This document shows, piece after piece, positions 49,638-60,258 of a stretch of 64,000 bases of DNA (the first letter of the stretch is position 1; each line of letters starts with the position of its first letter). The translations under genes and the position numbers were made by a program. Where the stretch lies: the NCBI GenBank assembly GCA_050949565.1, contig JBMNFY010000008.1:256001-320000 (forward strand). The letters are read 5' to 3'. This stretch comes from Kiritimatiellia bacterium (GTDB lineage Bacteria; Verrucomicrobiota; Kiritimatiellia; RFP12; UBA1067). Below the pieces are notes generated by a model. That model worked only from the letters and a program-made list of their open reading frames with translations. It had not been told where the DNA came from and ran no database searches.

Positions 49638-49710
49638 CCCTCCTAAATCCTAACTCCTAAATCCTACTTACTAACTCCGGCGCAGCCGGTTAGAGGCGTA
49701 GCCGGTTAGA
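49638..49710. repeat. TTAGGAT/TTAGGAG heptamers plus a 16-bp tandem duplication
   Basis: ctcctaaatcctaactcctaaatccta; ggcg(c/t)agccggttaga x2 at 49679 and 49695. Confidence 0.8.
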
Positions 49711-50719
49711 CCTCGACGCACCAGCCGTGGGTGTCCGGCAGCCGGCCGTACTGGATGCCCTGCACCGTATCGTACAGCTTTTGCAGCACCGGCCCGCAAC
49801 CGTCCGGATCGCCGGTCGTGATCACCGTGTCACCGCGCGTGATCTCGCAGATCGGTGTGACGACCACCGCCGTGCCGCACGCCGCGACCTCGGCAAACTC
49901 CTTGACCTCGTCGAACGGCACCGGGCGCACCTCGACCTTCATGCCCAGATCAGCCGCAATCTGCTTGAGCGTGTCGTTGGTGACACTGGGCAACACCGAA
50001 TGCGAATCGGGCGTAACGTATGTGCCGTCCTTGGTGATGCCGATAAAATTGGAGGTCGCGAATTCTTCGATGAACGTGCGGGTCTTGGCGTCCAGATAGA
50101 GTTCCACAGGATACCCCGCGCGCTTGGCCTCCTCATGCGCGTACAGGCTGGCCGCGTAGTTGCCACCGATCTTGATATCGCCCGTGCCGTGCGGTGCCGC
50201 GCGATCGTACTCGTCCACCACCAGCGCACGCACCGGCTTGAGCCCACCTTTGTAGTAGGGTCCCACCGGCATGACCATCACCAGAAACGTGTATTCGTTG
50301 GCCGGCGCCACGCCGATCTGCGGTCCGGTACCGAGCAGCAGCGGACGGATGTACATCGAGCCGCCCGTGCCATACGGCGGCATGAAATCCTCGTTGGCCT
50401 TGACCGCGCGCTTGACCGCGTCAACAAACATATCCACAGGCACCGGTGCCATGCAAGTACGGCGCGCCGATCCGATCAGCCGCTCGCCATTGGCGTGCGG
50501 ACGGAAGATACGCACCTTGCCGTCTTTGCAGCGAAACGCTTTGAGGCCCTCGAACGCCTCTTGGCCGTAGTGCAGGCAGGAGGCCGCGATGTGCATTTTC
50601 AGATACGGCTCCTTCACCAGTTCGCCCTCGCTCCACACGCCGTCGCGCCACACATAACGGATGTGGCAATGCGTATCCATGTAGCTAAAACCCAAACTCG
50701 CCCAATCGATGTTCTGCAT
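49706..50719 (-). CDS. ilvE: Branched-chain amino acid aminotransferase
   Basis: LHYGQEAFEGLKA, YIRP, KIGGNYAAS, LPSVT, ACGTAVVVTPI. Confidence 0.95.
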   Translation of the reverse strand: MQNIDWASLGFSYMDTHCHIRYVWRDGVWSEGELVKEPYLKMHIAASCLHYGQEAFEGLKAFRCKDGKVRIFRPHANGERLIGSARRTCMAPVPVDMFVDAVKRAVKANEDFMPPYGTGGSMYIRPLLLGTGPQIGVAPANEYTFLVMVMPVGPYYKGGLKPVRALVVDEYDRAAPHGTGDIKIGGNYAASLYAHEEAKRAGYPVELYLDAKTRTFIEEFATSNFIGITKDGTYVTPDSHSVLPSVTNDTLKQIAADLGMKVEVRPVPFDEVKEFAEVAACGTAVVVTPICEITRGDTVITTGDPDGCGPVLQKLYDTVQGIQYGRLPDTHGWCVEV

Positions 50720-50867
50720 GTCTCTGCGTCCTTGTATTCTGCCCGCGCCTTCCGCAAGCTGTTTTTGAGCCATTCATTTTACCTGATCCGCCGCCGGTTG
50801 CAAGCCTACCAATCGATAATGCGGTGCTTGGCAAGACATTCACCGCATGAGCCGGAAATTCTTAACA

Positions 50868-51058
50868 GGGGAGGCTCTTGCAAAACCCCTAGTGGCATGG
50901 GCGTCTCGCCCATGAAACACGGGCAAGATGCCCGTGCCACATTACGTTAAAACCTAAACCATGAACTACACAAAATCAGTGCTGTGCCTTTTCGTGTATT
51001 CCGTATGTTTCGTAGTAAACAAACCTCGCCCCTGCCCCCCAAAAAACCTTAGCGCCTC
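50868..51058. repeat. Partial MITE (one TIR + REP-B doublet) plus nonamer modules
   Basis: gaggctcttgcaaaacccct followed by gtggcatgggcgtctcgcccatgaaacacgggcaagatgcccgtgccac; 50978-51020 resembles rc 22595-22637. Confidence 0.8.
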
Positions 51059-51089
51059 ATTACTTCCCACCGCCCTGCCCAGTTGTCCG

Positions 51090-51626
51090 CTATTCACTTC
51101 CGGGAGGGAGCGGGACTGTGTTGACCATCAGGCGCACTTGCCGCACACGATTCGCGCCGACGAACGCTTTGACCGCCTTTTCGATCTGCGGCAGATGTGT
51201 GCGACGGAGTTCGAACAGTTTGATCGAGGAGGTCACGTAAACGAAGAGGATGCCGTTCTCCCACTTGCCGGGACGCGCCACGCGCGCCACTTCGGGTGGC
51301 ACCAGCGTGGGCCACGCACGATTTAAATCATCCAGCCAGGGCGTCTCATTGATCTTTAGTTGCTTGAGTACCTGCTCGATCATCGCTGCAAACGGTGTGG
51401 GTTCTATGCGCGTCTCGGGTGGGTCGGCATCGATCGGCAGCCCGGGTATCGCGCGCCGGAATAGTTCGCCCACCCGGCGGTTACGTTCTTTGTCGCGCGA
51501 CGTAAGCGTACGACGCGCCCCCTTCGGCCGCACCATGAAGTCGGCCTCGTCCGGGGCACTGTCGAACATCCCAGGTTCATCCCCACTTTCGTCGGGCTCT
51601 TTAAACGGAGGTTTGCCTTGTCGCAT
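51090..51626 (-). CDS. dciA: DUF721/DciA family protein (replicative helicase loader)
   Basis: LNRAWPTLVPPEVARVARPGKWENGILFVYVTSS...FEL; start uncertain. Confidence 0.7.
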   Translation of the reverse strand: MRQGKPPFKEPDESGDEPGMFDSAPDEADFMVRPKGARRTLTSRDKERNRRVGELFRRAIPGLPIDADPPETRIEPTPFAAMIEQVLKQLKINETPWLDDLNRAWPTLVPPEVARVARPGKWENGILFVYVTSSIKLFELRRTHLPQIEKAVKAFVGANRVRQVRLMVNTVPLPPGSE

Positions 51627-51668
51627 GCAGAAAGTATATCATACCGTTTTGAAAAAGGAGATTCGCAG

Positions 51669-52865
51669 ATGAAAAAAGGTAACATGCTGATCGCCCAGAG
51701 TGGTGGTCCCTCGATGGTCATCAACCAAAGCTTGGTCGGCGCGGTACTTGCAGCCCGGGACGGCGGCTCCGTCGGAAAGATTTTCGGAGCGCTACACGGT
51801 ATCCAAGGTATCCTTGACGAGCGTTTTATCAACCTGCGCAAAGAGAGCCGTGCCACGCTGGAGGCGGTAGCCCAAACCCCTGGGTCAGCGTTGGGATCGG
51901 TGCGACGCAAACCGACGCCCGAGGATTGCCAGGCCATTTTCAAAGTCTTGCGTAAACTCGATGTCCGCTACTTCTTCTACATTGGCGGTAATGATTCAGC
52001 CGAGACCGTACACATCATCAACGAGGAGGCGGTAAAAGCAGAGTACGGCATCAGTTGCTTCCACATTCCCAAGACCATCGATAACGATCTCCGCGAAAAT
52101 GACCACACGCCAGGCTATGGCAGTGCCGCGCGCTTCGTGGCCTGCGCGGTGAAGGGCGACGATCTGGACAACCGTGCGCTGGGCGGTGTGAAGATCGATG
52201 TCATCATGGGCAGGCACGCGGGATTCCTGACGGCTGCGTCAGCTTTGGCGCGTACGGAGAAGGATGACGGCCCGCATTTGATCTATCTGCCGGAACGCGC
52301 GTTCAGCATGGATCGTTTTGTCAAAGACGTGAAGGCTATGATGAAGCGTCACGGGCGTTGCGTGGTTGCCGTCTCCGAAGGCATCACCGACCGGGCCGGC
52401 ACGCCGATCATCGCGGCCTACACGCAGGAGGTCGATTCGCACGGCAACGTGCAACTCAGCGGCACCGGCGCGTTGGGCGATCTGTTGGCCAAGGTGCTCA
52501 AGGAACAGGCGGGGATCAAGCGGGTGCGCGCCGACACGTTCGGTTACCTGCAGCGTTCCTTCCCCGGCATCGCCTCGGAGACAGACTCGCAGGAAGCGCG
52601 CCAGGTCGGGATCGCCGCCGTCAAGGCTGCGGTCGAAGACCAGATCGCCAGCGGCTCGATCGCCATCAAACGCCGCAAAACGAAGGCATACAAAGTGGAC
52701 TTCGTGGTCGTCCCGTTGCGCAGCGTGGCACGCGAAACACGCCACATGCCGACGGCCTTCATCAATAAAGCAGGCAACGATGTCACACAGGCGTTCGTGG
52801 ACTACGCGCGGCCGCTGGTCGGCCCGTTGCCTGTCTGCACGCGCTTCGCGCAACTTCGCGCGTAA
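51669..52865 (+). CDS. pfp: Phosphofructokinase, PPi-dependent type
   Basis: AQSGGP, IGGNDS (Asp) and PKTIDND (Lys) PPi-type signature, MGRHAG. Confidence 0.88.
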   Translation: MKKGNMLIAQSGGPSMVINQSLVGAVLAARDGGSVGKIFGALHGIQGILDERFINLRKESRATLEAVAQTPGSALGSVRRKPTPEDCQAIFKVLRKLDVRYFFYIGGNDSAETVHIINEEAVKAEYGISCFHIPKTIDNDLRENDHTPGYGSAARFVACAVKGDDLDNRALGGVKIDVIMGRHAGFLTAASALARTEKDDGPHLIYLPERAFSMDRFVKDVKAMMKRHGRCVVAVSEGITDRAGTPIIAAYTQEVDSHGNVQLSGTGALGDLLAKVLKEQAGIKRVRADTFGYLQRSFPGIASETDSQEARQVGIAAVKAAVEDQIASGSIAIKRRKTKAYKVDFVVVPLRSVARETRHMPTAFINKAGNDVTQAFVDYARPLVGPLPVCTRFAQLRA

Positions 52866-52882
52866 CCCGGAGGGAAAGCCGC

Positions 52883-53347
52883 ATGGACGTGATCGATAAC
52901 TTATCGCTCGATCCCGCGACGGGAGATGAAACCCTGTCGCGCACGGAATTGCAGATCGAGCAAGAGAAGCTCAAGCTCGAGCGCGAGCGTATTCTGCTCG
53001 AGCGCGAGCGTTTGGAAGCTGTTCGCGAACGTGTGCAGGCGCAGAAGGGCCTGCACACCGATCAGAATGGACGACTCGCCGTGAAGCTTTCGACGCTGGT
53101 TCTGGTTTCGATCATCTGCACGCTGGTCGGTGGCATCTTGGGCGCGTTCTCCACCTCGACGCATCTGGACCGGCGCAACACCGCGCGCCTGCAAGAGGTG
53201 ATGCAGACTTTGGCCGCCACCTCACCCACCACCATCGATGTGACCACCAACACCACTGAAACCACCGCCTCGGAAATGCCGCCTTGGCTGAAGGCCATGA
53301 AGCCCAAGGGGGCGCACTCCGGCATTTCGCTGGTCGTGATCCAATGA
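52883..53347 (+). CDS. Hypothetical single-TM protein with an N-terminal coiled coil
   Basis: ELQIEQEKLKLERERILLERERL, one TM helix, Thr-rich linker, ends SGISLVVIQ. Confidence 0.7.
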   Translation: MDVIDNLSLDPATGDETLSRTELQIEQEKLKLERERILLERERLEAVRERVQAQKGLHTDQNGRLAVKLSTLVLVSIICTLVGGILGAFSTSTHLDRRNTARLQEVMQTLAATSPTTIDVTTNTTETTASEMPPWLKAMKPKGAHSGISLVVIQ

Positions 53348-53362
53348 GAAATGGGAGGGGCA

Positions 53363-54718
53363 ATGTCTTTTTTCAAAGCCTATGACATGCGCGGCGAGTT
53401 CGAACGGGACTTTGATCTCGACACTGTCTATCGTATCGGACGCTGGTTGCCGCATGTGCTGGACGCACGGCGCTGGCTGATCGGACGCGATGCGCGCCTC
53501 TCGTCGCCCGCCGTGCGCGACGCGCTGTGCCGCGGTTTGACCGAAGCCGGCTGCACAGTGGATGACATGGGACTAGCTACCACGCCGATGGTCTACTTTT
53601 TCACCGCACGTGAGGGTTACGACGCCTCGGTGCAGATCACGGCCTCGCACAATCCGGCCTCGCACAACGGTATGAAGGTTTCGCGCGCCGGTGCCCGGCC
53701 CGTGGGCTACACGAGCGGTCTCGCCGAGGTGGAGGCGAAGGTCGCGTCCGGCGCACTCCCGCCGACTGCGGCGCAACCGGGTGCCCGGCACGAAGTTGAC
53801 TACTGCGATGCTTTTATCGAATGGATGTCGGCTTTCCGCGCCGACCTGAGCGGTCTGCGCTATGCGGTCGACTGCTCTGACGGTGTCGTGGGGTTGTTCA
53901 TCCACGATCTGTTGGGTGACGGCCCGATCTATCTCAACGACGTGCCCGACGGCACCTTCCCCCACCACTCGCCGAATCCGCTGGAGGCGGCGAGTCGTGA
54001 ACAGCTCGCCCAAGTGGTGCGCGCGCAACAGCTTGATGTCGGTGTGATCTTTGATGGCGACGCCGACCGCGTGATGTTCGTGGACGAGACCGGTGCCTTT
54101 GTGCAGCCGGACTATCTGATCCCGATCATCGCGCGTACATTCCTTAAGCGAGAACCCGGCGCGACCGTCATCCATGATGTGCGAACCTCGCGCGGCGCGA
54201 TCGAAGCGCTGAAGGCCGACGGCGCGCGCACTGTGATGGGCAAGGTCGGACACGCCTTCGCCAAGGTGCTGTTGCGCGAAACCGGCGCGGTGTGCGGTGG
54301 CGAGTTGGCCGGCCACTACTACTTCCGTGACTTTTTCTGTTGCGATTCCGGCGAGTTGGCCGCCCTGCTGGTGCTGGCGGCTCTGGCCGACGCCAAACGC
54401 CGGGGCGTAAGCTTCAGCGCCCTCATGGCACCGATCTGCCGTTACGCCAATTCCGGCGAGTTGAACTACCGTATCGCCGATAAAGACCGGGCGATCGAAG
54501 CCGTACTCGCGGCCGCTGACGCTTGGAGCGGCGGCGCTGCCCGGTGCGACATCGACGGTGTGCGCCTTGATGACGCCGACGGCTGGTTCAGCGTGCGCAA
54601 ATCAAATACCGAACCCTACCTGCGCCTGATTGTCGAGACGCGGGACGCCGAGCTTTTGCGTGAGCGGCTGGATGTGCTGGAGGCGGCCCTAGCACCCTTT
54701 GTGGACAAAAATATGTGA
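53363..54718 (+). CDS. Phosphomannomutase/phosphoglucomutase
   Basis: FKAYDMRG, ITASHNP, FDGDADR, GELAGHYYF, RKSNTEPYLRL. Confidence 0.93.
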   Translation: MSFFKAYDMRGEFERDFDLDTVYRIGRWLPHVLDARRWLIGRDARLSSPAVRDALCRGLTEAGCTVDDMGLATTPMVYFFTAREGYDASVQITASHNPASHNGMKVSRAGARPVGYTSGLAEVEAKVASGALPPTAAQPGARHEVDYCDAFIEWMSAFRADLSGLRYAVDCSDGVVGLFIHDLLGDGPIYLNDVPDGTFPHHSPNPLEAASREQLAQVVRAQQLDVGVIFDGDADRVMFVDETGAFVQPDYLIPIIARTFLKREPGATVIHDVRTSRGAIEALKADGARTVMGKVGHAFAKVLLRETGAVCGGELAGHYYFRDFFCCDSGELAALLVLAALADAKRRGVSFSALMAPICRYANSGELNYRIADKDRAIEAVLAAADAWSGGAARCDIDGVRLDDADGWFSVRKSNTEPYLRLIVETRDAELLRERLDVLEAALAPFVDKNM

Positions 54719-54724
54719 GGAACG

Positions 54725-55453
54725 ATGCTGGATGTTGCCCATATCTCTTTCGCTTACGGCACACGCCCGATCCTGAAGGACATCACGTTTGACGTGGCGC
54801 CCGGCGAAATCGTCGCGCTGACCGGTCCCAATGGCGCGGGCAAGACGACGCTCCTGAAAGTCTTGGCATGCCTCCTGATGCAGGACGCTGGCACTGTGCA
54901 CCTGCATGGGGTCGATACGTTGCAGCGGCCCATCAAATATCGCCGTACCATCGGTTACCTGTCTGCGCATAACCCGCTCTACAATGACATGACTGTGGAG
55001 GAGTATCTGACCTACCGCGTGCGCTTGAAGGGCGAACGCGCTATGCGCGTGCGACGGCGCATCAACGAGGCTCTGTCTGCGAGTGGCCTTACCGACGTAC
55101 GCGATACACGTATTGGCCTGCTTTCCCACGGGTATCGCAAGCGCGTTGGTCTGGCGGATGCCCTGAGCACATTTCCCAAGCTGTTACTGCTGGATGATCT
55201 CTTGGCCGGACTTGACCGCCCCCAGCGTGCGGCATGTGGCGCGGCGCTGTCGGCCGCTTCGTTGCGCGCGGCGGTGATTGCGACAGGCCATGAACTCGAT
55301 GAAATGCTGAACTGGTGTACACGCGTGATCGTGCTGAACCGCGGCCGTATTGCAGCCATGTTCCGCACCAGTGATTTTGACCGAGCCGAATTGATTGAGC
55401 AGGTTGACAAGCTCCTGGCTGACCCGGACGACGCACAGGAGGTCTCAGCATGA
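54725..55453 (+). CDS. ABC transporter ATPase, GldA-like, with an atypical Walker B
   Basis: GPNGAGKTT, LSHGYRKRVGLA, LLLLDDLLAGLD. Confidence 0.85.
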   Translation: MLDVAHISFAYGTRPILKDITFDVAPGEIVALTGPNGAGKTTLLKVLACLLMQDAGTVHLHGVDTLQRPIKYRRTIGYLSAHNPLYNDMTVEEYLTYRVRLKGERAMRVRRRINEALSASGLTDVRDTRIGLLSHGYRKRVGLADALSTFPKLLLLDDLLAGLDRPQRAACGAALSAASLRAAVIATGHELDEMLNWCTRVIVLNRGRIAAMFRTSDFDRAELIEQVDKLLADPDDAQEVSA

Positions 55454-56193
55454 AGGCAATCCGAGTGATCTGGCTACGTGAGGTCCGCGCCTTCCGGGGA
55501 GCTTTTTCCTGCGGTGTGCCGATGGTAGCGTTTCTGGTGGTCTATGGCTGGACGTTTGTCATGATGCTGCGCAACAACGAAGGCAGCGTGTTGCAGATCC
55601 AGAGTGTCTGGGGACTGTCGGTCGCGCCTTGGCTGCCAATCCTGTGTGCCGTGCTCACCATGCGCCTTTTCGCCGAAGAGCGTGCGACCGGCATGATCGA
55701 CCTGTTGATGTCCGCGCCAATCCGAGAGCGTGACCTCGTCCTCGGCAAGTTCTTCTCCGCCATGACGGCCGTCGTCGTGACGTTGGGCTTGTCGCTGCTA
55801 GTTCCAGCGCTGCTCTTGCCGGCGTTAGCCGGGCCTCAGCTTGCGCGGCCCAGCGCCGCAGCGATCGCCGCGACCAGCCTGATCCTGTTGTTACAAGCCT
55901 CGACCTGGTGCGCAGCGGGCACGATGATCTCAGTGCTTTTCCGTAATCAGGCGGCAGCCGCCGTCAGTTCGCTGGTCGTGTGCAGCGCCCTGCCGATTGC
56001 CGTGTATGCGGCGATTCTCGCCTGGTTGCCCGGCGTGCGCACCTCCGTGGCGTGGATGCCGCTGCTGATGCATGTGCATGATTTTTCGACCGGGCTTTTT
56101 ACGACATCCGTTATTATGCTGTATGTCGCAACGGCCCTCTTCTTCCTGTTCGCCTGTTCCAAACTGCTGGCGCTGTTGCGTCTGCGGGGATGA
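55450..56193 (+). CDS. ABC-2 permease, GldF-like
   Basis: LTMRLFAEERATGMIDLLMSAP...VLGKF; six TM helices. Confidence 0.88.
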   Translation: MKAIRVIWLREVRAFRGAFSCGVPMVAFLVVYGWTFVMMLRNNEGSVLQIQSVWGLSVAPWLPILCAVLTMRLFAEERATGMIDLLMSAPIRERDLVLGKFFSAMTAVVVTLGLSLLVPALLLPALAGPQLARPSAAAIAATSLILLLQASTWCAAGTMISVLFRNQAAAAVSSLVVCSALPIAVYAAILAWLPGVRTSVAWMPLLMHVHDFSTGLFTTSVIMLYVATALFFLFACSKLLALLRLRG

Positions 56194-56197
56194 TGCC

Positions 56198-57700
56198 GTG
56201 AAAAAAGAACCCACTCCCGATAAGACACCGAAATCAGGACGACGCGCCTTGCAGAATTCCACGTTGCTGGCCATTGTGCTGGGCGGCGTACTCTGCGTTT
56301 TGGTCGTAGCACTGGGCTACTACACAGCGTTGACGTGGGAGGTCAATGTCGGCAAGGTCACGCAAGTTTCGGCGCGTACGCGCGACATTTTGGCCGACAC
56401 GCAAGGGTCGATCCGCATCACCTGTTTCATGGATCGCCGACACCCGATGTTCAGACCGGTCTCGCGCCTGTTGCGCGGTTTGCGGCAAGCCTCGCGCAGC
56501 GTGGCCGGTGCCGACATCGTGATCCAGTACGTTGATCCCCGCTGGGATCTGGCACGGGCGGGACAGCTCGCGGCGCAGAAGGTGCCGGAAAATGCCTTAC
56601 TGCTGGAACGCCAGCGTCGCCGGTTGGTCGTGACACTTGACGAGATGATCGCACAGCGTTCCCTGTTGCGCACGCGCGAAGAACTCAACGCGCGTAACCA
56701 CCGTGAACTGGGTGTGTTCCGTGGTGAAAGTGTATGCGCGGCAGCGATCGCACGCTTAGCTCTGCCTTTCGAAAGGGCAATTGTCTACTGGATACAAGGG
56801 CATGGCGAGGTGCGCTTTGATGATTACGATGAGCTGCATGGTTTTTCGGACATTGCCCGTGAACTGAATCGCGGCGGCTTTGACCTTAAGCCTCTCACGT
56901 TGCCTGGACTCAACCGCATTCCCGATGATTGCCACGTCTTAGTCATCGCCGGTGCGCGCTATGCGCTGAATGCGGAGGAGATCGCGCTGCTTGACGGTTT
57001 CCTGCAGAATGGTGGACGGCTGCTCTATCTGGCTGCCCCTCATGTCACAACTGGCATAGAAGACGTGCTGGCCAAATGGGGCGTCAAGTTGCTGCCGCTT
57101 TTTGCTGTCGGTCCGCAGACGCTCTCCGGTCAGGAGGTCGTGCTTTCGAACTTCGCCGACCACGTCATTACGCGCGAACTCAAGAACGCCTCCCTGGTCT
57201 TCAATAACGCCCGTTGCATCCAAACGCTGAACGAAACCTCTGCACCGACCGGCGCGGATCGGCCCAAGGTCACCCTGCTCGCCTCGACCGATGCCGACGG
57301 GTGGGGTGAAAGCCACCCCCATGTCTTCCCGCGTCAATTCGATCCGCAAACCGAGCTGCCGGGACCGGTAGCAGTGGCAGCCGTCTCCGAACGCGGCGGC
57401 AGTGTCGCCAAGGATGTGGCGTTCCGTCCGACACGCCTGTGCGTGATCGGCGAGACCGATTTTGTCATGAACGGCATGCTGGCCTCGCGCGCCAGCGCTA
57501 ACCGTGATTTTTTTGTGAACGCCATGGCTTGGCTGGCCGGCATCGACATGGGGTCGGCCCCCTCGCTAGGCGGCGATGCCACACTGGTGACCGGCTTTAC
57601 GCGACGCGAGTGGGTTCTCTTTATGGTGGGTGCCGCAGGCGTCATACCACTCTGTGTCTTCCTTGTGTTCTGTCTGACGTCTAGGCGGTCGAGGCGGTAG
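56198..57700 (+). CDS. GldG-like ABC auxiliary protein
   Basis: VDP, IQGHGE, IPDDCHVLVIAG, NRDFFVNAMAWL; TM helices at both ends. Confidence 0.85.
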   Translation: MKKEPTPDKTPKSGRRALQNSTLLAIVLGGVLCVLVVALGYYTALTWEVNVGKVTQVSARTRDILADTQGSIRITCFMDRRHPMFRPVSRLLRGLRQASRSVAGADIVIQYVDPRWDLARAGQLAAQKVPENALLLERQRRRLVVTLDEMIAQRSLLRTREELNARNHRELGVFRGESVCAAAIARLALPFERAIVYWIQGHGEVRFDDYDELHGFSDIARELNRGGFDLKPLTLPGLNRIPDDCHVLVIAGARYALNAEEIALLDGFLQNGGRLLYLAAPHVTTGIEDVLAKWGVKLLPLFAVGPQTLSGQEVVLSNFADHVITRELKNASLVFNNARCIQTLNETSAPTGADRPKVTLLASTDADGWGESHPHVFPRQFDPQTELPGPVAVAAVSERGGSVAKDVAFRPTRLCVIGETDFVMNGMLASRASANRDFFVNAMAWLAGIDMGSAPSLGGDATLVTGFTRREWVLFMVGAAGVIPLCVFLVFCLTSRRSRR

Positions 57701-57709
57701 AAAGCGGAT

Positions 57710-59554
57710 ATGGGTAACCGACGAACCATTCTTTTTTTATTGGCAGCCATCGCGGCTTGCGCGTTGCTGCTATGGGGGCTGCATGTAAGGCGGCAAACCT
57801 TCGGCACAGAGGAAAGTGTCCGTTCGCGTGTGGTCGATGAGGCTTTGGGTCGTGTGACGCGTCTGACCATCGACCGCGGCGAAGCACGGATGAGCGTCGA
57901 GTTGGTGGACGGACGCTGGCACATGACCGCACCCTTTCCTGCGCAGATTGAGCAAGGCACCGTGGCGCAACTGCTCGATGCGTTTGAATCGGCGCGGGTC
58001 AAGGATGCCATTGCGTTTCAGGAACTCCGCAAGCGCGAACTTTCTATGCGTGATTTCGGTCTGGTGCCGCCCCGCGTCCATGTGACGCTGGAAGGTATGC
58101 AGCGCAGTGAATCATTCCTGTTAGGCGCCCTCACCCCACTCGGCAACGAACTCTACCTGCGCGTTGAGGGCTCCGACCAAGTTTTGGTCGTGCCGGCCGC
58201 ACTGCTCGATGCGATCCCGCATACCGCCGACGATCTCCGTTCGCGCAAATTGCTGAGCGGCGTCCGCAGCGCAGTCCGCGCGCTCGAAGTGCGTGCGCCC
58301 GGCCGCCCCTTCATCACGCTGTCAAAAGAGACGGGCACCTGGCGACTGGTTCAACCGACGGAGGCAGCGGCGGATGATGAACGGATCGACACGCTTCTCG
58401 ACACGCTTTACGGAGCAAGGCTCACACATTTTGTCTGGCCCACAGTCTCAAACATCCTGGATGTCACCGTAACCGATTCCGCGCTTAAAACACGGATGGG
58501 GCTTTACGGATTGGGGCCTGATTCCGGAATCCAAATCAATGTGCAGGAGAACGGTGATACGACGCCCGAAAAAATCACCCTGGGGCACACGCTCGACGGT
58601 GCCGCATCGCTCTGCTATGTGCTCTTGCCGGGTGGCGGGGCAATCGGCGCAGTCTCAAACACCGTGGCCGATGCCTTCAAGTTGTCCGTCGCAAACTTGC
58701 GCGATCCGCGCCCCTTCTTCGGGTCTGCCGCAGGCGTGCGGCGCTTGCAGGTTCAACTGGGCGATGCGCTATTTGTATTGACCCAAACCAATGGTCTTTG
58801 GCGGTTTGAGGCACCGGTCTCAGACAAGGCGGATCAGCCTGCTGTACGTGATACGGTCGAACGGTTATTGCGGTTGAGGGCCGACGCCATCTTCGAGAAT
58901 GGGGACGACACCCGAACCGCGACGCATGAACGCTCCCTGCCGATCAGTCACGTCGAACTGACTGCAGAGCAAGGCGCGTGGCGTTTTATGGTTGCCCCCG
59001 GCAATCTGGAAGGCACCGCTTTTGATCTGGTCTTCACAAACGCGCCGACGGTCTACCGGATCGCATCCAGTAATCTGCCGCCGGCTCTTGTCAATATGGC
59101 CGGTTTGTTCAGCCTGCGCGACAAGAATGTGTTGAACCTGCCACGCGCCAGCGTACGGCGGATTACGGTCATACATGAAGGGACGCCCGCCACAGTCGTG
59201 GAGCGCGAAAACAGCGAGACGCTGTGGCATCTGGGCGAAGGAACAGCCGGACGCATCGTCGACGAGCGGTTGCACGCGCTGCTTGTCTGCGTCGAAAACC
59301 TGCGAGCCGATCGCATTGAAGGCGTGGGCCTAGAGCCTGAACGTCTCGCCGCTTGCGGTCTTCGCGAGCCTTGGCTGGAGATCAGCATCGACGTTGACGC
59401 GCGGGATGCTGTGCGCAAAACGCTCCGGATCGGGCGCGAGGCCGGTTTCGGCAAACGCTATGCGGCCGTACGCGGACTAGACGTATTGTTCGTACTTGAT
59501 CGGCCATCGCTGGATATTTTGACCGCCCGTATCGTGGAGCCACTCACGCCATGA
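57710..59554 (+). CDS. DUF4340 repeat protein
   Basis: N-terminal anchor; repeated WxxxxP...GLxxP units and LRSR/LRDP/LRDK motifs; follows gldG. Confidence 0.8.
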   Translation: MGNRRTILFLLAAIAACALLLWGLHVRRQTFGTEESVRSRVVDEALGRVTRLTIDRGEARMSVELVDGRWHMTAPFPAQIEQGTVAQLLDAFESARVKDAIAFQELRKRELSMRDFGLVPPRVHVTLEGMQRSESFLLGALTPLGNELYLRVEGSDQVLVVPAALLDAIPHTADDLRSRKLLSGVRSAVRALEVRAPGRPFITLSKETGTWRLVQPTEAAADDERIDTLLDTLYGARLTHFVWPTVSNILDVTVTDSALKTRMGLYGLGPDSGIQINVQENGDTTPEKITLGHTLDGAASLCYVLLPGGGAIGAVSNTVADAFKLSVANLRDPRPFFGSAAGVRRLQVQLGDALFVLTQTNGLWRFEAPVSDKADQPAVRDTVERLLRLRADAIFENGDDTRTATHERSLPISHVELTAEQGAWRFMVAPGNLEGTAFDLVFTNAPTVYRIASSNLPPALVNMAGLFSLRDKNVLNLPRASVRRITVIHEGTPATVVERENSETLWHLGEGTAGRIVDERLHALLVCVENLRADRIEGVGLEPERLAACGLREPWLEISIDVDARDAVRKTLRIGREAGFGKRYAAVRGLDVLFVLDRPSLDILTARIVEPLTP

Positions 59555-60258
59555 GCGGCGCGCGTCTGCACACGCCAGCGCCCCAAGCCCCGTTGATCGA
59601 ACTGCGCGGGCTGAGCAAAACGTACGAAGCCGGTGGCACGCAGATTTTCGCGTTGCGCCCCACTGATCTCATCGTGAAGCACGGTGCGTTTTTGACCGTG
59701 ATGGGACCGTCTGGCTCGGGAAAGTCGACCCTGCTCAATCTCTTCGGTCTGCTGATGCGTCCCACCTCCGGCACCTACCTGCTTGAAGGCCGCGCGGTGT
59801 CGGGACTGAATGACGACGCCACATCGGCGGTTCGCTGCAAAATGATCGGCATGGTGTTTCAGTCGTTCAACCTGTTGTCGCACCTGACGATCCTTGAGAA
59901 CGTCTGTGTACCGATGCAGTATGCGGGTGTTCCGCGCGCGACCATGCGCCAGCGGGCCAAGGCGCTGCTGGACCGTTTCGGACTGGAAGGCCGTTACGGC
60001 TCGCGCCCCACCCAGCTCTCGGGCGGCCAATGCCAGCGCGTCGCCATCGCGCGCGCGCTCGCCAACGACCCGCCGGTCATCCTTGCCGACGAACCCACCG
60101 GCAATCTTGACGAAAAGACCGGCCTGGAGGTACTGAGCATTTTTCAGGAGTTGCACCGCAGCGGCAAGACCATCATCATGGTGACGCACAACCCGGCCTA
60201 CCGTACCTATGCTACGCAAGCTGTCACGATCCATGACGGGAGGGCCAGCGAAGCATGA
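59551..60258 (+). CDS. ABC transporter ATPase (LolD/MacB type)
   Basis: [45 protein letters not shown]. Confidence 0.93.
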   Translation: MSGARLHTPAPQAPLIELRGLSKTYEAGGTQIFALRPTDLIVKHGAFLTVMGPSGSGKSTLLNLFGLLMRPTSGTYLLEGRAVSGLNDDATSAVRCKMIGMVFQSFNLLSHLTILENVCVPMQYAGVPRATMRQRAKALLDRFGLEGRYGSRPTQLSGGQCQRVAIARALANDPPVILADEPTGNLDEKTGLEVLSIFQELHRSGKTIIMVTHNPAYRTYATQAVTIHDGRASEA